Below, piece after piece: positions 57,153 to 64,000 of a DNA stretch of 64,000 nt. Within the stretch, counting starts at the first letter, position 1. Every line of letters begins with the position of its first letter. The stretch comes from a virus. Taxonomy: Duplodnaviria > Caudoviricetes. The position numbers and the translations under genes were made by a program. Location: positions 32,001 to 96,000 of the IMG/VR virus record IMGVR_UViG_3300028591_000128; one strand, written 5' to 3'. Under the pieces are notes generated by a model. It was given only the letters and a program-made list of their open reading frames with translations, searched no databases and was not told the DNA's origin.

Positions 57153-57248
57153 AATATATACCTCCAAAATAGTATAGTATCTACTAAATATAATAAAGGT
57201 TAAAACAATAATGAATACTTTACTTTCACATGATACACTTAGAAATTC

Positions 57249-57557
57249 TCATTCCTTAAAGAAATGAATCCAACTATTTTCGCTCGCAATCTTTAATCCA
57301 ATATCTACTTCATCAGAATCTGTAAGATCTTCTATTGCCCATACTGTAAATCCAACATCCGAATTACTTGACAATTTCACAAGATATTTGTGATTATGTA
57401 TAAATCCACAGGTGGTTCTTCCAACATATTTCCGTATCACGTATTCAGATGATCTTATATTTTTTATAGGAGATGATTTTTGCTCCTTTGATGGAATTAT
57501 ATCAGTTGCATCATCTGCAAATAGATTTATAGATTTTGATTTTCTACCCCTACCCAT
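57249..57557 (-). CDS. Hypothetical protein
   Basis: Coupled ORF in a small early operon. Confidence 0.55.
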   Translation of the reverse strand: MGRGRKSKSINLFADDATDIIPSKEQKSSPIKNIRSSEYVIRKYVGRTTCGFIHNHKYLVKLSSNSDVGFTVWAIEDLTDSDEVDIGLKIASENSWIHFFKE

Positions 57558-57739
57558 TATCTACCACGCCTTTCTTCTAAAGAAATAAGGTACTTACTTC
57601 CGATCAGACAGATTATAGAAATTACTTCCTGAATACATGCTTGCGAAAAACTAATGATGTTCATATTACATGCTCCGGCAGTTCCGCAAGCAAGGATAAT
57701 AGATAATACAAAGATGATTTCATAAATAGTCTTCTTCAT
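57557..57739 (-). CDS. Small membrane protein
   Basis: Two hydrophobic segments. Confidence 0.55.
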   Translation of the reverse strand: MKKTIYEIIFVLSIILACGTAGACNMNIISFSQACIQEVISIICLIGSKYLISLEERRGR

Positions 57740-57918
57740 GATAATTCTCCATTCTTAAAATATTGTGTGCAAAGGTATTCTACTCGGTACATAGTTCTTA
57801 CATGATTGTCCAAAACTTTACCATCTGGTAATGTAATTTTGTAGAAGTATGATCTTCCTACTTTGGATTCCAAGTCAATTTTTACATTGAATGTTCTTTC
57901 AATCTCTGACTTGTTCAT
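57736..57918 (-). CDS. Small hypothetical protein
   Basis: First gene after a consensus promoter. Confidence 0.55.
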   Translation of the reverse strand: MNKSEIERTFNVKIDLESKVGRSYFYKITLPDGKVLDNHVRTMYRVEYLCTQYFKNGELS

Positions 57919-57972
57919 GTTTGTATCACTCCGTTCTATTAAATACTTGATATAGGTTTTTCATCTAAGACA

Positions 57973-58001
57973 ATTATATACTATATAAGATAATATGTCA
58001 A
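57973..58001 (-). promoter_or_regulatory. Perfect consensus sigma-A promoter TTGACA-N17-TATAAT
   Basis: tgtcaa at 57996-58001 and attata at 57973-57978. Confidence 0.8.
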
Positions 58002-58052
58002 CATATTTATGATAAATTTAGTAAATAAATTATCTAAATATGAGTATAAAAA

Positions 58053-58078
58053 TTCCGGGAACTGTGAAAGTCCCCGGA
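58053..58078 (-). terminator. Intrinsic terminator
   Basis: tccgggaac...gtccccgga hairpin followed by ATTTTT on the minus strand. Confidence 0.6.
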
Positions 58079-58085
58079 CAATTTG

Positions 58086-58526
58086 TTATTGTAACTTCGC
58101 TTCCAATCTATCATAGTATTTCTCAATCAGATCAAGTACAGAACTTATCCCATCCTTAAGTCCGGTATCATAATCTTCTCCACCAGATTCTTCAGCGTAT
58201 AGGCTCTCCGCTTCTGTGTATAAATCTTGTAGAACTGCTAAAGTATCTTCTGGTAAATCACTCTCCCAATATTCAACAAACTCTGAACTTTCTATAGGAA
58301 CACGTTCACCGGATGCAAATTGATCTTTCAAAGCTGCAACAAGTTCATTCCACTCATGACATTCTCCGCAGTTATTTGCATCTGCGATATCTTCTATGGT
58401 AAGATCATTCTCTTTTGCAAGTGCATGGAGTTTAATGATATCTGGCAGCATAAGCGGTTTATTGTTGAGTGCAAGATCATCCAGCGTATTCATTATTTCA
58501 TAATAAGCAATCATCTCTGTATTCAT
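58086..58526 (-). CDS. Acidic hypothetical protein
   Basis: GAGG RBS; late-type motif upstream. Confidence 0.65.
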   Translation of the reverse strand: MNTEMIAYYEIMNTLDDLALNNKPLMLPDIIKLHALAKENDLTIEDIADANNCGECHEWNELVAALKDQFASGERVPIESSEFVEYWESDLPEDTLAVLQDLYTEAESLYAEESGGEDYDTGLKDGISSVLDLIEKYYDRLEAKLQ

Positions 58527-58574
58527 AATTAATACCTCACAAACAGAATGTTATATCTATATACAAGGTGCAAT

Positions 58575-59114
58575 TTATCTGGTCATGACTTCTATTGCTA
58601 GTTGAATTCGTTGATCTAATTGAATGAATGCATCTTCGTAAGATTTGATTTCAGTATTTTCTTTATTCAGCACATAATCTATTGTATATGGTGTAAGTTT
58701 CTTTCCACGTGTAAATCGATGAAGTTCTGTGGATTGTTCTTCTTCCTTTTTATGTTGCTGTTGCAGTTTAGTTCTATGTGCAGGATGTGTCGATACTCGA
58801 AGTCTTAGTCTAAATTTAAGTATAGTATTTCCATCTGCATCTTTTGCAATAAAATTATAATAATTTGAATTATCTTCTGAAAAATTCAAATATGTAAGTT
58901 CTAAACCATAATAATCAATGCATAGGTCTTCTACAGAAACTATGAACGCATTATAATCTGCTAAAGCCTGTGGTGGGATTATAGCATTCTTTTCACCACT
59001 TATAAGTTCACCATCAGGTATATAGAATCCCTTATATGTTGCTGCAGCTATATATGGATCATCTGTATCTAAAAATATATTCACCAACAAATCAAATGTT
59101 ATAGGAAGTATCAT
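58575..59114 (-). CDS. Hypothetical protein (RLRVSTH motif)
   Basis: 179-aa ORF with RBS. Confidence 0.6.
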   Translation of the reverse strand: MILPITFDLLVNIFLDTDDPYIAAATYKGFYIPDGELISGEKNAIIPPQALADYNAFIVSVEDLCIDYYGLELTYLNFSEDNSNYYNFIAKDADGNTILKFRLRLRVSTHPAHRTKLQQQHKKEEEQSTELHRFTRGKKLTPYTIDYVLNKENTEIKSYEDAFIQLDQRIQLAIEVMTR

Positions 59115-59117
59115 AAT

Positions 59118-59315
59118 CTAATCCACCCCTCTATTTTTATAATAAGCTATTGCAGTCTGAATGTATGCGTTAACTGACATACCCTCTGACTTTGCAATAT
59201 CTTTCAATTTAGCATGTTCTCCATTTGGAAGCATAATTGTAACTCGATCATACTTCTTCTTATTGTAGTTGTTCTGATATGAAATCCTATCAAATTTCTC
59301 TTTGGTATCGGACAT
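59118..59315 (-). CDS. Ribbon-helix-helix (Arc/CopG-like) DNA-binding protein
   Basis: YNKKKYDRVTIMLP.G....LK..A...GMSVNAYI..AI. Confidence 0.75.
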   Translation of the reverse strand: MSDTKEKFDRISYQNNYNKKKYDRVTIMLPNGEHAKLKDIAKSEGMSVNAYIQTAIAYYKNRGVD

Positions 59316-59331
59316 AATCTTTCTACTCCTT

Positions 59332-59372
59332 ATTATAATAGATATTTATAAATGTGTCAATAGATATTTATA
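59332..59372 (-). promoter_or_regulatory. Perfect sigma-A promoter overlapped by a 14-bp direct repeat (candidate operator)
   Basis: TTGACA at 59355-59360 and TATAAT at 59332-59337; aatagatatttata at 59337-59350 and 59359-59372. Confidence 0.7.
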
Positions 59373-59446
59373 CATTCAATAATTATAACGATTTAACAAA
59401 ACTAAAAACACCCATGATCTACTCACAGGTGTTTTAGAAATATCAT

Positions 59447-59671
59447 TTAGTTGATCTTATAATTACGATATTCTACTTCCATGCTTGATTCATTAGTTTC
59501 ATGACAATATGGACAGACATCATAATCTCTATCACGGAATCCAGGAATCTGGCTCTCTGTTTCCTGTCTATAGTTCTTACCACAATGCGTACATTTAACT
59601 ATATTGGAACCATAAACAAATCCATTATCAGAAAGTTCCTGCTCAACGAGCAAATCTTTCATTCCTCCCAT
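59447..59671 (-). CDS. Small zinc-ribbon protein
   Basis: CTHCG...CPYC. Confidence 0.65.
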   Translation of the reverse strand: MGGMKDLLVEQELSDNGFVYGSNIVKCTHCGKNYRQETESQIPGFRDRDYDVCPYCHETNESSMEVEYRNYKIN

Positions 59672-59679
59672 ACTTCACC

Positions 59680-59988
59680 TCATGTAAATAGATTTTTCTT
59701 AACAATTTCCAATCCGGCACGAACTTCTTCTAAAGATTCTACAGATACATTTGGATTACTCAAAGTAGATATTGCTTTATCTAAAATCCGGTCAGTTTCT
59801 TCGGATTTGTATCTAATAGAATCGTTGTTTAGCTTGCTATCTGCAAATTCTTGACCATTTTCTGCAAGCATAATTGCGTAAAATAATCCCTTCAATATTC
59901 CAGTTTCATACACTTTGTTAGAATGTTCAAAGTTTTCAAGTTTTGACTTTAAGCGGTTTACATATTCTGTAGTTTCATAGTAAAACAT
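59680..59988 (-). CDS. Hypothetical protein
   Basis: AGGGGG RBS; AAATCGTTATAA motif upstream. Confidence 0.6.
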   Translation of the reverse strand: MFYYETTEYVNRLKSKLENFEHSNKVYETGILKGLFYAIMLAENGQEFADSKLNNDSIRYKSEETDRILDKAISTLSNPNVSVESLEEVRAGLEIVKKNLFT

Positions 59989-60029
59989 TTTTTTGTTCCC
60001 CCTTATTTATTATAACGATTTACAGGCAT

Positions 60030-60062
60030 AAAACCACCGCAACAAGTAAGTCACGGTGGTTT
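60030..60062. terminator. Intrinsic terminator
   Basis: aaaaccaccg...cggtggtttt. Confidence 0.65.
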
Positions 60063-60077
60063 ACCTACAACGTATAA

Positions 60078-60887
60078 TTATTTTGCATAACTCTTCCTAA
60101 GTGAACATACAGGGCATCCATCACTTGCTTGGAAAATTTCAATAAAGTCAGGATCATACCACTGAATTTCTACATCAGAGAACTTTGTATTCTTATTGAA
60201 GTATCCTACTGTATCTTTCAGATAGTTGAACAATTCCTCTTCAGTTGTATCATCTGAAATCCAAATCTTCTCTTCTACAACTGCTTGATCGTTTACTTCC
60301 CAACCATCTTCCTCATTACCCCATACATCGAAGTAATCAATGAGATCAAAATATTTTCCGGGATCATTATGACCTACACAGTTGATGGCTGTTGAAGAAT
60401 TGACATATTTATCATAACTAAAATCTTTCGGTTGTTTCTCTTTTGCCATATCTAAATAATGATGTGCTTTTTTAAGATTGCCATGTGAAAAGAAGTCTAT
60501 AATCTTCTCTGCCCAACGAAGTGGTACAGGAAAATAATCACCGGATCTATCCATATAAAGAACATACCCATCCCCTAAATAACGCATAGTACAAAAATTA
60601 TCACGATAGTACAATTCATCACTGCTGTAATCATTATGACCTACGCAGTTGATAGATTCTGAAGAATTGATTTCAATTGTATCTGTTTTATCAAGAAGAT
60701 CGATAGTATCGTGTTCATATATAGCATAATCAGCAACTCTACCATCATCTTGAATCAGTGCAACACCCATTCCTGCATCATGAAGAGCCTTTACAATCTT
60801 CAAATTTGCTTCTTCGTAATACTTACTGAATATAGAAATTTCAGCAAGTTTCTTATTACCGCTTGAAGCCTTTACATATTTATTCAT
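60078..60887 (-). CDS. Modular hypothetical protein (MNKYVKASS start; duplicated INCVGHND linker)
   Basis: ORF with GAGGA RBS and an internal repeat. Confidence 0.7.
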   Translation of the reverse strand: MNKYVKASSGNKKLAEISIFSKYYEEANLKIVKALHDAGMGVALIQDDGRVADYAIYEHDTIDLLDKTDTIEINSSESINCVGHNDYSSDELYYRDNFCTMRYLGDGYVLYMDRSGDYFPVPLRWAEKIIDFFSHGNLKKAHHYLDMAKEKQPKDFSYDKYVNSSTAINCVGHNDPGKYFDLIDYFDVWGNEEDGWEVNDQAVVEEKIWISDDTTEEELFNYLKDTVGYFNKNTKFSDVEIQWYDPDFIEIFQASDGCPVCSLRKSYAK

Positions 60888-60914
60888 AATGTATTATCCT
60901 CACTTCCTTATATA

Positions 60915-61994
60915 TTAGAATGCCATCATAAGTACACTATTTCTTGCAGTAATTGCATACATTTCTCCGGTATCTCTATCTTGCAGAAGACCACCATTGA
61001 TTCCATAAGTACCTCTACTAACTGCAATCTTATTTAAATCATGGGAATGGAGGAAATCTTTCATCTCACCAAATCCATAGTTTGTAATATCTATTGCGGC
61101 ACCATCACGGACATAATCTTTGATCTGTTTCTGAGTCATCTTACGGATTCCGGATGATACACTCATGATTTTCTTACGTCCACGGATATTAGTAGACTCC
61201 CAAATATCATCAGTTTCACTTTCGTCATTCCATAAATCGATTTCCGCATCAGAATCTTCGTAAAAATCTACCCTGTTAATATATTCTTGCTGAATTTCTT
61301 CCCATTGTTCTAACAACCAATCAATGTTGGAATCATCTGCGGAAGTGAATTCAATTTCTGTATTCCAAACTTCGCCTGTTTCTTCATCGTATGGCATCAT
61401 CCAATCATAGTCATATTCAGACATCCCCGAATTCTTTGGAAGATAGGCTACTTTTCCACAAAAAAGCGGATTACCATCACCATCATCAATCCATCCGAAT
61501 ACGACTGCCCACTGATTTCCATCATCATCGTAATCCAAATTAACACAATAAGTTGTACTACTTGGACCATCCGAAAGTGCTTCAGTTATTGTATTACGAA
61601 CCTTTTGTCTAATATTTGAATCACTTGAAGCCTTTACATATTTTTTCATATTACCACCTTCCCTTATATAGCTAGAAGCCTTTATATTTTTCGGATTACT
61701 TAGTATGTATTCCTGAACACTATTCAATGATGTATTAGTATTGAATCCCCATGTAATATTATCAATATGAGAATTCCAACCATAGGAATCTGTTTCTGCA
61801 TCTTGAATAAATTTATTATATTTTCTTCTAGCAGAAGACTTGTTTGATGTAGTTAATTCATCTACCGGATTACCTACAGAACCATCTGAATATAACATTC
61901 CGATCCAAATATTATATGTTCCATAGTCATTAATATCTACTTCTATATAATATTTACCATATTCTGCACTTTGTACGAAAAACCAATTTTGCAT
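60915..61994 (-). CDS. Modular hypothetical protein with an internal MKKYVKASS restart
   Basis: 359-aa ORF; internal in-frame RBS+ATG near 61650. Confidence 0.7.
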   Translation of the reverse strand: MQNWFFVQSAEYGKYYIEVDINDYGTYNIWIGMLYSDGSVGNPVDELTTSNKSSARRKYNKFIQDAETDSYGWNSHIDNITWGFNTNTSLNSVQEYILSNPKNIKASSYIREGGNMKKYVKASSDSNIRQKVRNTITEALSDGPSSTTYCVNLDYDDDGNQWAVVFGWIDDGDGNPLFCGKVAYLPKNSGMSEYDYDWMMPYDEETGEVWNTEIEFTSADDSNIDWLLEQWEEIQQEYINRVDFYEDSDAEIDLWNDESETDDIWESTNIRGRKKIMSVSSGIRKMTQKQIKDYVRDGAAIDITNYGFGEMKDFLHSHDLNKIAVSRGTYGINGGLLQDRDTGEMYAITARNSVLMMAF

Positions 61995-62014
61995 AGGATT
62001 ACCTCATAATAATA

Positions 62015-62215
62015 TTAATATGTACTATCTATAATGTCATAACTTAGGTATGTATCAATAGGTTCGCTTGTCTTGCGGAGTTCTTTATAATATTCCGGCG
62101 GAGGTACTAAATCCTCATATACACGATATGCATAATTCTTATCAGTTGTTTCAAATACACACCAATCAAAATCATCATCAGAAACAAATGAAATAAAATA
62201 ATTCATAATAGTCAT
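62015..62215 (-). CDS. Small hypothetical protein
   Basis: ORF with RBS. Confidence 0.5.
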   Translation of the reverse strand: MTIMNYFISFVSDDDFDWCVFETTDKNYAYRVYEDLVPPPEYYKELRKTSEPIDTYLSYDIIDSTY

Positions 62216-62344
62216 CCTTCCTCATCTGTTAGTCATAATAGTAGTCTTCATCAAATTCATCAGATTCAGATTGCTTAATACAGAAATTCGCAATCTCTCA
62301 TTCATATGGTATACACAATCAACACATCTATGTACTACAAGGAT

Positions 62345-62626
62345 TTATACATCAAACACAATATCCTCTACACCATAATTGGATTCATCATATCCTAAGT
62401 ATCTTCCTCTATAATCATAATTCGGAATTCTAATCCGAAACCAAGTTCCAGCGGAATTACAGCCTACCAATTCCCCAATTACCGGTTCACCATATCTGTC
62501 AACCTTAACTTCAATTCCAGAAGTTTCTGGATAGCCAACACGACCACAATTACGTACTTTTGGTATAATTGACTTAATATATTCATCTACAGTAAGGTCA
62601 CCGGAACAATGTATATATCTTTTCAT
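62345..62626 (-). CDS. Hypothetical protein with MKRYIHCS N-terminus (start revised)
   Basis: GAGGTG RBS before the ATG; late-type motif upstream. Confidence 0.6.
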   Translation of the reverse strand: MKRYIHCSGDLTVDEYIKSIIPKVRNCGRVGYPETSGIEVKVDRYGEPVIGELVGCNSAGTWFRIRIPNYDYRGRYLGYDESNYGVEDIVFDV

Positions 62627-62720
62627 AATCACCTCGAATCTCAAGTCTAAACAACCTATCGAACATATAAACAAGTCCTATATTACTATTAAAGGTTAAA
62701 ACAAAAATGGAACTCACCAT

Positions 62721-64000
62721 CTAATCGGGAAGTTCCAATTCTAACACAAACGAATCTTTCTGTACCGTTGTAAGTGCATTTGCTATTCCATCAAAACTCG
62801 GTTCTAATCGTTGTTCAAGATAAATTCCAGGAGTACGGTCTGATGGATTTTCTGGATTTCTACCACGCATAGCACATGAAAAATATAATTTATTCATCTT
62901 CATCACCAAAATAGATCACAAGAAAATCCATTCTACCTGAACGAAAGGCCGGTGCATAATTATTATAGAATCTTGCGTTTCTAACTGTTGCATATGTATC
63001 ATCAACTATCCACATCTGAATCATCATCCTGTACCTCTATAATCTTCCAGCCATTCCTTAATGCAGAATGACCTATAGTCGTTGTTATACTACCAAGTAT
63101 ATCTGATTGGGATGGGATATAAGAATCATAATCATTATAGGCTATGAATTGTTTCATAATCATCCACCACTATCATTGGAACTCTGCCACCACCTTGAGA
63201 AGTTGTTAGTGATGGACAAAAATATTCCGGATCCCATATATTTCCAGCATATCCAGTTCCAAAATCTTCATTATATATATTAGCAAGTTTCCTTACATTG
63301 AATTCCAATATCTTTCCACCATTCATATACTGCAACATTTGCAAATCCATATCCATGTCCTGCACCACCACAAACAATAGCTGGAAATATTCCATCCGTG
63401 TGGACAACAATGCCACCTTCGGAATTACCTGTACTATAATTACCTATTGTCAGTATTTTATTCGTATCTTGATTTATCACAAATAAGTACCGCCGTTACA
63501 GTTCCATGGTTTTCTTTCACACACGGAGCAACCCACCCCCACAGAAACAATTCTGGAAGCATCATGGTTGCTGAACATATAATTTCCTAAAATGATAATT
63601 TCATTCATCTTCATCTCTTACCAAAATGTATAATTTCTGTCCAGTCATTATTGTAGTCATTAGAGATGGGCATATTCCTTCTGAATCATATGTTGATCCA
63701 TCATATCCGGCTTTACACTTCCCGGATACTCCACCCAAAAACATGATCTTAAAGTTATCCATCACTCACCACAACCCTTATCGGAGTTTTGAAATCTCTT
63801 GCCATCAATGTAGGTGCCAATCCACCAGCCGAATATATATAGCACCACTGGTGCATCTTTTCGCTACCATTCTCCGGAAGAAGTAATCCAACTGTTATTA
63901 TTTCATTTTGTTCGGATAGAATCATTATCAATCACCAAAATCGTAGTATCTTTTAATATAGTAGAAATTGTATTACAGATTCCATCTGTTCTTACAGACC
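62721..64000 (-). other. Array of at least 9 coupled mini-ORFs resembling C5-methyltransferase variable-region modules
   Basis: Hand-translated ORFs: >64000-63903, 63925-63755, 63762-63601, 63608-63477 (frameshifted, other frame to 63458), 63480-63280, 63326-63135, 63157-63002, 63027-62890, 62903-62721. Each has a GxxPTL/NTL/PSL-type core. Confidence 0.65.

Noticed and set aside
63135-63416. 93-aa ORF as listed in the track
   Set aside because: The first 30 codons overlap the 63280..63480 module in another frame. The module-like part begins near 63326.
1-64000. Stop-codon reassignment, tRNA genes, introns or inteins
   Set aside because: Long genes are intact in the standard code and use all three stops. 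No cloverleaf, intron or intein signatures were recognised by eye; tRNAscan-SE and Infernal would be needed to be sure.

Overview
This 64 kb AT-rich window is part of a large lytic-type myovirus (T4-like or jumbo architecture). The host is probably a Clostridia/Lachnospiraceae-like Firmicute (inference from the lysin cell-wall-binding repeats, strong GGAGG RBSs and sigma-A promoters). Most genes lie on the minus strand. They form a virion module: gp23-like major capsid, gp21-like prohead protease-scaffold fusion, gp13-like neck, tape measure, gp26/gp53/gp25/gp6-like baseplate parts, multi-domain cell-wall hydrolases, fibre/adhesin proteins (one with DUF285-like repeats, one with a GH5 domain), an endolysin and a tyrosine recombinase. 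Small early or accessory genes are interspersed. The standout system is at 58-2912. It has a Cas12f/TnpB-family gene whose RuvC-I and RuvC-III aspartates are both alanine (predicted nuclease-dead). Downstream are three tandem, covarying structured RNA scaffolds (tracr/omega-RNA-like; two look like natural single-guide fusions). These are followed by a 12-repeat CRISPR array with type II-A hallmarks (36-nt GTTTT...AAAC repeats, ~30-nt spacers, ATTTGAG leader junction), and no cas1/cas2/cas9 is present in the window. A second unusual locus (62721-64000) is a chain of at least 9 translationally coupled mini-ORFs, each resembling one variable-region module of large phage C5 DNA methyltransferases. 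Other signals are a 22-bp inverted repeat bracketing a 3.8 kb accessory island next to the capsid gene, two candidate phage-specific promoter motifs, a triplicated early promoter cassette, and a recurring [VI]-x-[ASC]-S motif that may mark prohead protease cleavage or capsid targeting. All assignments come from motif recognition by eye. No database searches were run.
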